Below, in pieces: positions 26,690 through 36,130 of a DNA stretch of 36,813 nucleotides (position 1 is its first letter; each line of letters begins with the position of its first letter). Source of the DNA: Candidatus Aenigmatarchaeota archaeon (GTDB lineage Archaea; Aenigmatarchaeota; Aenigmatarchaeia; CG10238-14; SCSR01). The translations under genes were made by a program, and so were the position numbers. The stretch is from contig JAPLUY010000005.1 in assembly GCA_026397385.1 (NCBI GenBank), forward strand, positions 1 through 36,813, given 5' to 3'. The notes beneath the pieces are model-generated. The model was not told the DNA's origin, searched no databases, and saw nothing but the letters and a program-made list of their open reading frames with translations.

Positions 26690-27274
26690 ATGGAAAACCA
26701 CCCGACGAAAACCAAGCCGAAAATCAAGGCTGTGGTCTTCGACATGCATGGCGTTGTCTTGAAGATAGACTTAGGTCAGTGGTATCGTTACGTTCCATAC
26801 TACGCATACCTGATAAGCGACAAGCTCGCCAAAATTTTGGGAGAGCATGAGACGCCCGCCCACAAACAGGAAAAATTGGACCGGCATCTGAAATGTTACA
26901 ATGGGTGGGATAGACTGGATACCGGTGTTGCCGAGATTATCAAGTCGCTGAAATCGGCCAATTACGTCACCGTTGCGCTGAGCAATATGCCGACCGATCA
27001 CGCAGACACCAACCGCATGCTTGGCTATTACGATAATTTCGATTATACGATACTGTCGTCCGAAGTCGGACATAGCAAGCCGGACAGGCGGATATTCAAT
27101 AAGGTCGAAAAAGTCACCGGCATCCGGCCGGAAAACTGCCTGTACTTCGACGATTTCTTTGTAAACATACTGGCGGCCCGTGCTTATGGCTTCAACGCCG
27201 AATTGTACACTCACCTATTTGACAGCCCGAAGAAGATGAGAGCCGTGCTGGATAGGTACGGCGTGAAGTTCTGA
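26690..27274 (+). CDS. HAD-superfamily phosphatase
   Basis: VFDMHGV, ALSN, SSEVGHSKPD..IF, YFDD...NI..AR. Confidence 0.88.
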   Translation: MENHPTKTKPKIKAVVFDMHGVVLKIDLGQWYRYVPYYAYLISDKLAKILGEHETPAHKQEKLDRHLKCYNGWDRLDTGVAEIIKSLKSANYVTVALSNMPTDHADTNRMLGYYDNFDYTILSSEVGHSKPDRRIFNKVEKVTGIRPENCLYFDDFFVNILAARAYGFNAELYTHLFDSPKKMRAVLDRYGVKF

Positions 27275-27295
27275 TGGGTTCGAATCCCGCACAAC

Positions 27296-27979
27296 TTACT
27301 TCTCGTCCTTCGCGCACTTGTCCGCGTATTCGCAGTAGCGGCACATCCACTTCTCGTCCGGCAGCTTCTTAGCCTCGGGCGCCGGCAGCGTCGCCGCGGT
27401 CAGGTGCTTGTGCAGCGCGCGGAACTTGTTGATTATGCGCTTGGCCTGGTCCATCGAGAACGCGACCTCGAAGCTCTTCGTCTCGAGGGTGGACTTGTCG
27501 ATGTACAGCATCACCCCGTCGTGCACGCCCGTGGCGTACATGTAGAACTGCAGCTGCGTCTTGTGGTGCTCCATCGGCCCGCGCATGTACTTCAGCGTCT
27601 TCGTGGATTTTACTTCCACCAGGACCTTCTTGTCGCCGGCCTTCAGCAAGAGCAGGTCGTCGATGCGGCCCGACACGACGAACTTGCTGTCGGGCTCGCC
27701 GAACTCGAGCTTGAACGGCATCTCCGCATCGAGCAGCTGTATGTCGCCGTTGCGCGTGTCGCGCAGGACTTCTATGATGAAGTCGTGGAGGATGTTGCCC
27801 ATCTCGAACACGCGCCGCAGCTCGGGCTTGATCTCCGTCGGATGGTTATAGGAGTACCATACGTTCCGTATGCACTTGCCGATCTCCGACGGGTAGTAGC
27901 GTCCGACGGCCTTCGGCCGCTGCTCGCGCATGAGGTGCCTATCAATCAGACCGTCGAAGTCTATGCGCGTGCCTGCCAT
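27296..27979 (-). CDS. Solo Cas4-like PD-(D/E)XK exonuclease with 4Fe-4S Cys motif
   Basis: PSEIGKC.R, G.ILH, SGRIDD, VEVKS, QLQFY, CRYCEYADKC. Confidence 0.85.
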   Translation of the reverse strand: MAGTRIDFDGLIDRHLMREQRPKAVGRYYPSEIGKCIRNVWYSYNHPTEIKPELRRVFEMGNILHDFIIEVLRDTRNGDIQLLDAEMPFKLEFGEPDSKFVVSGRIDDLLLLKAGDKKVLVEVKSTKTLKYMRGPMEHHKTQLQFYMYATGVHDGVMLYIDKSTLETKSFEVAFSMDQAKRIINKFRALHKHLTAATLPAPEAKKLPDEKWMCRYCEYADKCAKDEK

Positions 27980-28814
27980 GTATATTCATTGCATCGGCCA
28001 GGTCTTCTTCCTTTTCGTGAGTTCGGTTCCGCAGCTCCTCGCGAATCAGCTTCACCTTGTAGGCGGTCGCGGCGCGGATGCGCTTGAGGTCGAGGAACCC
28101 GCCATCGTCCACAAGCTTCTTCCGCACGTACTCCGGCAGCACCTCATCGACGACCTCCGGTTCCAGCCCGAACCAGAGCTTCTTCCGCACGAGGTTGCCG
28201 ACCCAGTCCTTCAGGCACGACTCGTACGTCTTCTTCTCGATGGGCACGTTGTTCTTCTTCGTGCCGTTCGTAGATATCAGCCTCACATTCTCGTCGAGCA
28301 CCGGCGCGTCGTATGGGAGCCGGTTCCTCCACGTCCGCATGCTTTCCCTTCCGCCGTAGAACCTGCGCAGGAAGTTGTAGCTCAGCGCGCACGTGTAGAC
28401 GTCGACAGGCTTGCGCGAGTCTGTGCATAGCTCGTTGAGCGGCTCGACCATGCGCGACGCGAGTTCGAGCCAGTGCGGGCCGCGGGCGTCGGCGGACAGG
28501 AGGGTCTCGTAGTGCTCGAGCTCCATCTTCAGGTCGGTTATGCCGCTTTCCGGATCCGTCGCCATCGTCAATTTCGGCCTGCCCACTCCCATGCCTATGC
28601 CGACGATGTTTTTGTCGAACGTGGCGTAGGCCGGCTTGCACTCGAGCAAATAGGGCAGCACCGCCTCGTCGATGTACAGATGCTCCAGCAGGTTCGCGGG
28701 CATAGGCTTCCCGTGGAAGCGCTCCATGTCGCGCATCATCCTGCGCGGGTCGTAACTGGTCTCAGGCACGCCGCTCACGTTCTCTTCGAAAATTCGAATC
28801 TGATAACGGTCCAT
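27942..28814 (-). CDS. Hypothetical protein
   Basis: 290-aa ORF with host codon usage in a minus-strand gene run; no motif recognised. Confidence 0.75.
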   Translation of the reverse strand: MDRYQIRIFEENVSGVPETSYDPRRMMRDMERFHGKPMPANLLEHLYIDEAVLPYLLECKPAYATFDKNIVGIGMGVGRPKLTMATDPESGITDLKMELEHYETLLSADARGPHWLELASRMVEPLNELCTDSRKPVDVYTCALSYNFLRRFYGGRESMRTWRNRLPYDAPVLDENVRLISTNGTKKNNVPIEKKTYESCLKDWVGNLVRKKLWFGLEPEVVDEVLPEYVRKKLVDDGGFLDLKRIRAATAYKVKLIREELRNRTHEKEEDLADAMNIHGRHAHRLRRSD

Positions 28815-28880
28815 CGTGACGCCGCCTGCAATTCTGAAATAATATTCGAACGTGAAGCTTAAGCCGTCTTCGCCGTCGCT

Positions 28881-29519
28881 TCAGCGCTCCCAGAAGTACG
28901 CCGGTTTCTTTCGCTGGCGCCGCAGGTACAGCCCGTACAGCACGCCGATTGCGAGGCCGGCGATATGCGCCTGGTGCGCGATGTCCGAGGGCGTGAAGAA
29001 ACCTACGAACTCCAGGACAAACCATAGCACGGCCGCGAACACCATCGGCATGGGCACGAACACGACGTACACCGTCAGCCCCGGATACAGCGCTGCGAGC
29101 ATGCCCATGATGCCGTAGATCGCGCCGCTCGCGCCCACCGCCGGTATGGTGCCGAGCGGGTCCGTGGCCCAGTATGCGACGTTGCCCAGGATGCCCGCGA
29201 TGAAGAAGACCGTCAGGAACTGGTCCGGCTTCACGCGCGTCTCGAGGTACGTGCCGAATATGAAGAGCGCGAACATGTTGAAGAACAGGTGCTCGATGCC
29301 GGCGTGCATGAACACCGCGGTCACGAGCGTCCACGGCTGCGACGCGACGGTCGCGGGCGTGAACGCGAGGAAGTCCGATATGGAGAACACGACGTCAATC
29401 AGGAACGCGACCGCGCACACGGCGATAAGCGCGAACGTGAGCACCGGCTTCCTCTGCTCCGGGCGCCCCGAGAACATCGGGCGGTAATAGAAGAAGTCGC
29501 TGCTGGTTCTGTCGGCCAT
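28881..29519 (-). CDS. Rhomboid-family intramembrane serine protease
   Basis: PWTLVTAVFMH, HLFFNM, GASGAIYG, AHQAHIAG. Confidence 0.94.
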   Translation of the reverse strand: MADRTSSDFFYYRPMFSGRPEQRKPVLTFALIAVCAVAFLIDVVFSISDFLAFTPATVASQPWTLVTAVFMHAGIEHLFFNMFALFIFGTYLETRVKPDQFLTVFFIAGILGNVAYWATDPLGTIPAVGASGAIYGIMGMLAALYPGLTVYVVFVPMPMVFAAVLWFVLEFVGFFTPSDIAHQAHIAGLAIGVLYGLYLRRQRKKPAYFWER

Positions 29520-29558
29520 CGGAACACCCGCGATAAGACTAACTCGCTCTCCGCAGTC

Positions 29559-30320
29559 TTATTTGCGCCTGCTGAACGCCACTGTGGCGACCACGCTCAT
29601 GGCCGCGGTGAACGCAAACACGACCGCCAGCGAGACGACGGGACTGACGGACGACACGCCTATGGCAGCGTAGCGCAGCGCCTCGACGCCGTACGTCATC
29701 GGATCCAGGTAGACGGCCGTTGCCATCAGCCCGCCCGTAGCCGCGATGGGGAAGAGCGCGCCGCTAAGCAGGAACATCGGCATCACGATGAAGTTCATTA
29801 TGACGTTGAATCCTTCCATCGTGTCCATGAACGACGCGATGGTAAGGCCGAGCGCGGTGAAGCCCACGGATATGACTACGATGAGCGGCAGCATGGCCAG
29901 CGCGCCCGCTATTGGCATCGTGACGCCTACGGCGTACGCGACGCCGATTATCAGCAGCGACTGGAGCAGCGACGACGTCGCACCGCCGAGCGCCTTGCCG
30001 ATTACGATGGACACGCGCGAAATCGGCGCCACGAGCATCTCCTTCAGGAACCCGAACTCGCGGTCCCAGATGACCGACACGCCCTGGAACAGCGACGTGA
30101 ACAGCACGGTCATGCCGATTATGCCCGGCGCTATGAAGGTGAAGTAGCTGAAGCCTCCGGTAGCCTGCTGGCCTGCAGCGCCAAGGCCCCCGCCGATAAT
30201 GAGGAACCACATCAGCGGCCTTGCCACCGATCCCAGAAGATTGCCACGGTCGCGGTAGAAGCGCTTGAACTCGCGCAGCCACACCGCATAAACCCCCATC
30301 ACTTCGTTCTTCATCGTCAT
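29559..30320 (-). CDS. ABC-2 type transporter permease
   Basis: DREFGFLKEMLVAP, PMFLLSGALFP, PMTYGVEALR. Confidence 0.93.
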   Translation of the reverse strand: MTMKNEVMGVYAVWLREFKRFYRDRGNLLGSVARPLMWFLIIGGGLGAAGQQATGGFSYFTFIAPGIIGMTVLFTSLFQGVSVIWDREFGFLKEMLVAPISRVSIVIGKALGGATSSLLQSLLIIGVAYAVGVTMPIAGALAMLPLIVVISVGFTALGLTIASFMDTMEGFNVIMNFIVMPMFLLSGALFPIAATGGLMATAVYLDPMTYGVEALRYAAIGVSSVSPVVSLAVVFAFTAAMSVVATVAFSRRK

Positions 30321-30335
30321 GCTTCACACCCGCGT

Positions 30336-31355
30336 TCAATGCCTGTGCATGCGCCCGAACGCGCGCATCGCATCGGCCGTGCCGGCCTTCTCGTCGCGTA
30401 TCTCTCGGCCCGTGAGCTTGAGGAACACGTCGTTCAGCGTGGGCCTGTGCATGCTCGTCTCGAGCACGTCGATGCCAGCGCTCCTGGCCTGCTCAAGCAC
30501 GCCGCTTATCTCCTTCTCAGCGGCCTTGACGGACAGCACCATGCTGCCGTCGAACAGCTTCGCGTCCGGGAACGTCGCCTGCACTTTCTCGCGCACGGCC
30601 GGCGTGTCCGCGTCCCTCAGCTTCAGCACCACGGTCTCGCCGCCGAGCATCGACTTCAGCTCGTCCGGCGTGCCCAGGGCGATGATCTTCCCGTGGTCGA
30701 TGATGGCGATGCGCGTGCACAGCATCTCGGCCTCCTCCATGTAGTGCGTGGTCATGAGGATGGTGATCTGCTCGCGCTTCGCGAGGTCCTTGACGTAGGC
30801 CCATATGTGCTCCCGCGTCTGCGGATCCAACCCGATCGTCGGCTCGTCGAGGAACAGAACCTTCGGGTAGTGCACCAGCCCGCGCCCGATCTCCAGCCTC
30901 CGCCTCATGCCGCCCGAATAAGTGCGTACGAGCGCGTCGGCCTTGTCCTTCAGCTCGACCAGGTCCAGCACGCTGGCTATGCGCTGCGACGCAGTGGCGG
31001 CGTCCAGTCCGTACAGGGTGGCGTGCAGCTCAAGGTTCTCGCGGCCGGTGAGCCTGTCGTCCAGGCTCTGCTCCTGGAACACTATGCCTATGTTGCGGCG
31101 CACGTCGCCTGGGCGTGCGACGACGTCGAAGGAGTTTATCGACGCGCTGCCGGAGCTCGGCATCACCGTCGTGCACAGCATCGATATCAGCGTCGTCTTG
31201 CCCGCGCCGTTCGGACCGAGCAGTCCGAATATCTCGCCCGGCTTTATAGACAGGTCCACGCCGTCGACCGCCGCGAAGTCCCCGTACTTCTTAGTCAGCC
31301 CGGACGTCTGTATTATCGCGCCATCGTTTTCGGACAAGAAAACCACTCGTACCAT
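30336..31355 (-). CDS. ABC transporter ATP-binding protein (DrrA-like); start uncertain
   Basis: GPNGAGKTT, YSGGMRRRLEI, LFLDEPTIGLD, TTHYMEEA. Confidence 0.94.
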   Translation of the reverse strand: MVRVVFLSENDGAIIQTSGLTKKYGDFAAVDGVDLSIKPGEIFGLLGPNGAGKTTLISMLCTTVMPSSGSASINSFDVVARPGDVRRNIGIVFQEQSLDDRLTGRENLELHATLYGLDAATASQRIASVLDLVELKDKADALVRTYSGGMRRRLEIGRGLVHYPKVLFLDEPTIGLDPQTREHIWAYVKDLAKREQITILMTTHYMEEAEMLCTRIAIIDHGKIIALGTPDELKSMLGGETVVLKLRDADTPAVREKVQATFPDAKLFDGSMVLSVKAAEKEISGVLEQARSAGIDVLETSMHRPTLNDVFLKLTGREIRDEKAGTADAMRAFGRMHRH

Positions 31356-31512
31356 TCGGATACCTCTTAACATCTCCTTCGACGCTTATAAATCAGACGG
31401 GACGCGGGCTCTGGGGCCTGCCGGAGAAAAAGCTTATCTGCGGAGAAACAGAAATCTAATTTTATCCGCGCATTTGCCGCGGAAGACAGGCGAACGGTAC
31501 GGTGCGAACTGG

Positions 31513-32391
31513 ATGACGAGGGTAATAGGCATTTCTTCCGGCAAGGGCGGGGTGGGCAAGACCACCGTCGCAGCCAACCTCGGGCTGGCGCTGCGCGCGC
31601 TCGGCAAGCGCGTGCTCATAGTGGACTGCAACCTCTCCACGCCGCACCTCGGATACTACCTGGGCATAACAGACTACAAGCGCACGCTCAACGACGTGCT
31701 TCTGGACCGCGTGGCCGCGGACGCGGCAGTGTACAACCACGACGGGCTGCGCGTGATGCCAGCATCTCTCGACATGGCCGACCTGATAGGCCTGGACCTG
31801 AAGAAGTTCAGGAAGACAGTGGTGAAGCTCGCGGACCCGACTAAGTTCGACTTCGTGCTGCTGGACTCGGCGCCGGGGCTCGGGCGCGAGGCCGTGTGCG
31901 TGCTCAACGCCGCGGACGAGATACTTTTCGTGACGAACCCGTTCGTGCCCATGCTGAACGACGTGCTGCGATCCATAGGCATAATCAAGCAGCTCGGGCA
32001 CAAGAAGGTCGGCGTGGTGCTGAACATGGTCACCGGCCAGGGCCACGAGCTGTTCGAGCACACGGTCGAATCGGTGCTGGCCGTGCCCGTCGTAGGCTCC
32101 ATCCCGTTCGACTCCGGCATGGCGAAGAGCCTCGCATCCGGCGTGCCGATAATCGAGTCCGCGCCCAGCGCGTCGGCGAGCATCGGATTCATGAGACTCG
32201 CGGCTAGCCTGGCCGGCGTAGAGTACACGCCGCCCAGCGCGCTGTCCGCGCTCGCAAGCCGCATCAAATCGCGGTTGCTCGAGCTGTCGAGGGTCAGCGA
32301 CATAAGGGTGCCGCAGAGCAGGGAATACGTCGAGAGGGAGATGTTCATACAGGAAGGCCAGAGACACGGGGACGAGGACGAGTCAGGCTGA
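31513..32391 (+). CDS. minD: Archaeal MinD/ParA-family ATPase
   Basis: SGKGGVGKTT deviant Walker A, VDCNL, LDSAPGLG, IPFD. Start reassigned to 31513. Confidence 0.88.
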   Translation: MTRVIGISSGKGGVGKTTVAANLGLALRALGKRVLIVDCNLSTPHLGYYLGITDYKRTLNDVLLDRVAADAAVYNHDGLRVMPASLDMADLIGLDLKKFRKTVVKLADPTKFDFVLLDSAPGLGREAVCVLNAADEILFVTNPFVPMLNDVLRSIGIIKQLGHKKVGVVLNMVTGQGHELFEHTVESVLAVPVVGSIPFDSGMAKSLASGVPIIESAPSASASIGFMRLAASLAGVEYTPPSALSALASRIKSRLLELSRVSDIRVPQSREYVEREMFIQEGQRHGDEDESG

Positions 32392-32446
32392 ACCGCCCGC
32401 GCACGCCCGGTTCGTTTTTTTAAGCGGAGCTTCACAAAGTCTATCT

Positions 32447-33313
32447 ATGAGCCTCACACGCAGCGCAGGCAAGTTCGTAGGAGGCATTCTGTTCTCGCTG
32501 GCGCTCGCGCTTGCGATAACGGCGGCGGGCCTGGCGGACTTCACCGCCCGCGGCAACGCCATCCCGTTCTTCACGAACATACTGGGCCCGTATGCGACTG
32601 CCACCATACGCCAGAGCGTGCAGGGCGTCGACAACTACGCGCAGAGGCAGGACGTGCTGGCGATGTGCGAGGGCAGGGAGGCGCTGCAGAGCGGCGCCGT
32701 TGACATGAGCTCCGTCGGCGGCGGGAGCCTGCAGATATCGATAAGCTGTCCCGAGCTGATCGCGGCGACCGAATATTCGCCGGACGTGGCAGCGACTGTC
32801 GGCAACCTGACCGCGAAGGCCGTGGCGAACGCGCTGTACGACTACAATTACACCTGCGGCTTCGTCGACTGCATGCAGCAGGGAAGGCTGCTGGTGGTGA
32901 TGTCGGCCGAGGGCAACGCGTTCTTCCTCTTCGTGCAGCCCGTGCTGGCGATCATCACGGCAGCGGGCGCGGTGATGCTTCTGGCGGCTAACGAGAACTG
33001 GGCCGCGAGGCTCAAGTCGATCGGCACGCATACTGCAATGGTCGGCGTAGCGTACTTCATACTGACGTTCGGCAAGTCCTACATGATATCGGCAATGGTG
33101 CCTTCTTCCGCCAAGGCGCAGCTTGCGACCGCGGGCATAGACATCGGCGCGATGGTCGACAGCGTCGTAGGCCCGATGAACGACATGCTGCTCTACACGT
33201 TCGTCGCGGGCGTCGCGATCGTCGCTGCCGGTTACATCATCGCCTGGCGCTGGCCGGAGAAGGCTAGGGTGCAACCGCAGCAGCCGCAGAGCGTGCTTGA
33301 TATCAAGAAATAG
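32447..33313 (+). CDS. Multi-pass membrane hypothetical protein
   Basis: One N-terminal and three later hydrophobic segments; Cys-containing external loop. Confidence 0.8.
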   Translation: MSLTRSAGKFVGGILFSLALALAITAAGLADFTARGNAIPFFTNILGPYATATIRQSVQGVDNYAQRQDVLAMCEGREALQSGAVDMSSVGGGSLQISISCPELIAATEYSPDVAATVGNLTAKAVANALYDYNYTCGFVDCMQQGRLLVVMSAEGNAFFLFVQPVLAIITAAGAVMLLAANENWAARLKSIGTHTAMVGVAYFILTFGKSYMISAMVPSSAKAQLATAGIDIGAMVDSVVGPMNDMLLYTFVAGVAIVAAGYIIAWRWPEKARVQPQQPQSVLDIKK

Positions 33314-33330
33314 CTGGCCGGAGAACGCGT

Positions 33331-33492
33331 TCAGCCGATGTAGCGCAGGTCCTTCTCGTGTTCCTTGTGCAGGCGTATGTATTCGTCCATCTGCTCGATG
33401 ATGAAGCGCTCCACGCGTATCTCCCGGCGCGTCCTGGACCTGCCCCCGACATCGGGCGCCGGACGCTTCGTTTTCCTGGTCTTTTTTGGCAT
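33331..33492 (-). CDS. Small hypothetical protein (53 aa)
   Basis: MPKKTRKTK...FIIEQMDEYIRLHKEHEKDLRYIG, directly after the 33503-33766 gene. Confidence 0.5.
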   Translation of the reverse strand: MPKKTRKTKRPAPDVGGRSRTRREIRVERFIIEQMDEYIRLHKEHEKDLRYIG

Positions 33493-33502
33493 GGGCCCGC
33501 AC

Positions 33503-33766
33503 CTACAACTTCGCACGCACGAGCGACGACTGGACGTACTCGACCTTGATGTCCTCGAGAAGCTCGATGTCCACGCCGCGGTTCAGCGTGCGTATCTTCC
33601 CCCGGCGCTGCAGCCCGCGCAGGCACTCGGATACCGACTTGCTGGACCCGCATATGCGCTTTCCCATGACGGACTTGAAGACTTCCTTCAGCGGGAGCTT
33701 GCCCATCCCGCGCCTCTTCATGCCTCGCAGCACTTCCAGCACTTCTTCGGATTCAATCGGGTCCAT
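33503..33766 (-). CDS. Small winged-helix-like protein
   Basis: LKEVF...VSECLRGLQRRGKIR pattern; GGAGA and GTGA upstream. Confidence 0.6.
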   Translation of the reverse strand: MDPIESEEVLEVLRGMKRRGMGKLPLKEVFKSVMGKRICGSSKSVSECLRGLQRRGKIRTLNRGVDIELLEDIKVEYVQSSLVRAKL

Positions 33767-33911
33767 GGGGCGGTCACGTCTCCGTTCAGTAGAAGGGTTC
33801 CATCAGATAGTTGTGGCGCGGGAGTTAAATTGATTTCCACACGCGACAGGAGGCTTCGAGCGCTCGAAAACGCGGCGAAGACTTAATAGTTTGCGGGACG
33901 AAATTAATGTT

Positions 33912-34337
33912 ATGATGGTCAAGGACGTCATGAACACCAACGTCGTCGTTGCTAAGCTGGAGGCCACGATACGCGAGGCCTCCGAGGTCATGGACAAGTA
34001 CAACATCGGCAGCCTCGTCGTGATCGGCGAAAAAGGCATAGCAGGCATAATCACAGAGCACAACATTCTGGAGACGGTCGCGGCCAACAAGAACCCGGAC
34101 GAGACCAAGGTCGGCGATGTAATGTCGCCGGAGGTCGTCACGGTGTCTCCGGACAGCACGATCGAGCAGGCCGTCGACCTGATGGTCGAGCACAAGATAA
34201 AGAAGCTGCCCGTCGTGGAAGGCGACAAGCTGCTCGGCATAATCACGGCGAGCGACATCATAGTCGTGGAGCCGAAGCTAGTCGCGAGCATAGCGAACCT
34301 CATTTCTATGAAGATGCCCGCATACAGCGGAGGATAG
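33912..34337 (+). CDS. CBS-domain pair protein
   Basis: VKDVM, IGSLVV, GIITE.N, IKKLPVV, GIITASDI. Confidence 0.92.
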   Translation: MMVKDVMNTNVVVAKLEATIREASEVMDKYNIGSLVVIGEKGIAGIITEHNILETVAANKNPDETKVGDVMSPEVVTVSPDSTIEQAVDLMVEHKIKKLPVVEGDKLLGIITASDIIVVEPKLVASIANLISMKMPAYSGG

Positions 34338-34341
34338 GCGC

Positions 34342-34557
34342 ATGCAGGCCAGGTGCTTCTGCCCCGAGCACGGCAGGCTCGGTTTCGATGACATACTGAT
34401 AAAGAACGGTACGCCGACGTGCGCCAAATGCTCGAAGCCGCTGGAGTACGGGAAGGTCATGCCGAGACCGGTCGTGGCTGCAGCCGCGAAGCCGAAGGCA
34501 CCTAACGCGAAGAAAAATCCTGCGAAGAAGCGCGCCGTCGGCAAGAGGCGCGGCTGA
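34342..34557 (+). CDS. Small zinc-ribbon protein with Lys/Ala/Pro-rich tail
   Basis: CPEH...CAKC followed by AAAAKPKAPNAKKNPAKKR; GGAGG upstream. Confidence 0.7.
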   Translation: MQARCFCPEHGRLGFDDILIKNGTPTCAKCSKPLEYGKVMPRPVVAAAAKPKAPNAKKNPAKKRAVGKRRG

Positions 34558-34559
34558 AA

Positions 34560-35600
34560 TCACTTGCGCGCGTTCACGACATCGTAGAACGTCGCCTTGT
34601 CCAGCGCCTTGGGCGTCGAGCCTCTGCGGCCGCGTTCGAAATGCATTATCGACTCGAACTCCTTGGGTTCAGGCACGCCGCCGTACGGGTCGAATCCCCC
34701 GGCGAACAGCGACATCTTCGGCGAGATGGTCTTCGTCCTGTAGTTCGATATCCAGTTCACAATCGAATCGCAGTCGCGGCCGTGCTCGAGAAAATACAGC
34801 CCTCCATCAAGCGCCTTCAGCGCGTTGCGTATGCGCTTGACCTCAAAATCTACTTTGTCGGGTGTACTGGCACAGCTCTTCCCCAGATCGACCATTCCGA
34901 CGTCTATGCCGCCGACAACAGTGTAGAACGCTATGTTGTGCATGCCAGCGCTCGACCTGTGGATGCGTCCGCGCGATGCCGGGTCGTCGCGTGGAATCGT
35001 GCCCCAGCACAGGCCCGCGCGCTCGAAGCCGCCGTACCAAAACCCGAGGAAATCGCCTATGCCGTAGACCAGTCTGCGAAGCTCCTCGGCTTCGCGCACG
35101 CCGTCCTGACGCATGCCCACCAGCAGGTCGCAGAACCTCGATGCGAATTCGGACAGCCGGAAGTCGCCGCGCACCTTCAGCACCGACGCGTAGACGTCGT
35201 TACCCAGGAACTTTTTTTCATAGTCGAACGCGCAGACTGGCTCCATCGGCGCCGGGATGTCGTGGCTGCGGCCGTATTCCGCCATCACGTCGGCCGCGGC
35301 GAGCTCCCTCATGACCGCATCCGCCTTCTGGCCGCCCACGGGCGTATCGCGCCCTTCGAAGCGCGCGTCGGTGGGCGCGACGCCCTTGATCTTGTACCAC
35401 GGCCCGTCCACGTTCAGCAGCGCCGACCTTTTTCCTGACGAGCGGGCCGGCATGGCAGCATAGCGCTCGGTCTTTATCAGCGGCGTGTTGAAGACCGTCC
35501 ACTTCCCGTCATACGGCAGGACACGGCCGTGGCACTCAGCCAGCCCCAACTCTGCGGAGTCTGGCATGAAAAGGAACTCATCCGCGCCTCGGTAAGACAT
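34560..35600 (-). CDS. Hypothetical protein with divergent kinase-like (SelO/YdiU-like) motifs
   Basis: G.RSALL, KIKGV.PT, VMRELAA, GLCWG, HNI and MVDLG in SelO-like order. Confidence 0.6.
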   Translation of the reverse strand: MSYRGADEFLFMPDSAELGLAECHGRVLPYDGKWTVFNTPLIKTERYAAMPARSSGKRSALLNVDGPWYKIKGVAPTDARFEGRDTPVGGQKADAVMRELAAADVMAEYGRSHDIPAPMEPVCAFDYEKKFLGNDVYASVLKVRGDFRLSEFASRFCDLLVGMRQDGVREAEELRRLVYGIGDFLGFWYGGFERAGLCWGTIPRDDPASRGRIHRSSAGMHNIAFYTVVGGIDVGMVDLGKSCASTPDKVDFEVKRIRNALKALDGGLYFLEHGRDCDSIVNWISNYRTKTISPKMSLFAGGFDPYGGVPEPKEFESIMHFERGRRGSTPKALDKATFYDVVNARK

Positions 35601-35663
35601 AGTTAGTAACTTTATGCTAACGTTCTTAAGCCCTGCGGTCCGGCAGCGCCAATCAGGACGCGC

Positions 35664-35951
35664 TCAGTTGTTGCCTTTCGATTCCTCTTCCTTCTCCTTG
35701 AGTTTCGCGACTTTCGACATGAGCTTGTCCATGCCTTTGATGGACACGGCGTCGCCCTTGAAAATCGACTCGTCGACGTGACCGTGCTTCTCGACTATGT
35801 CCGACGTCTGCATCCCGGCGTTCTCGAGCGCGCACGCCTTGCATATCGTCACCGCCTTCTTCGTGTCCTCATCGCCCGCAGTGAAAACTACCGCATCCTC
35901 GCCGCAGATGTCGCACTTGCCCTCGAAAGTCGCGGAGATTTTTATTTTCAT
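35664..35951 (-). CDS. Small zinc-ribbon hypothetical protein
   Basis: CDIC...CKAC; start set at MKIKIS. Confidence 0.75.
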   Translation of the reverse strand: MKIKISATFEGKCDICGEDAVVFTAGDEDTKKAVTICKACALENAGMQTSDIVEKHGHVDESIFKGDAVSIKGMDKLMSKVAKLKEKEEESKGNN

Positions 35952-36097
35952 AAATTTTATTTGTTTTTGCCGCATAAACGCTTTCAAAATTCCGCGCACA
36001 CGGATTTTTTTTCCGGAAAAAAATTTCTGAATTTTTTGCTCACGTTTATATTGAAGGAACGCGAAATAATATTATCGATAAATCTGAGGTGTAAAAA

Positions 36098-36130
36098 GTG
36101 GCAAAAAAGAAGAAGAGCAAGAAGCGCTGA
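36098..36130 (+). CDS. Putative 10-aa basic micro-peptide MAKKKKSKKR
   Basis: TTTATATT box at ~36045, GAGGTG at 36086-36091, GTG start and TGA stop. Confidence 0.45.
   Translation: MAKKKKSKKR

Noticed and set aside
27276-27295. tRNA gene
   Set aside because: Only a T-arm is present; upstream sequence is HAD coding sequence, with no D arm, anticodon arm or acceptor pairing.
30922-31512. 197-aa N-terminal extension on MinD
   Set aside because: Antisense to the ABC ATPase gene and crosses the divergent promoter; MinD homology starts at 31513.
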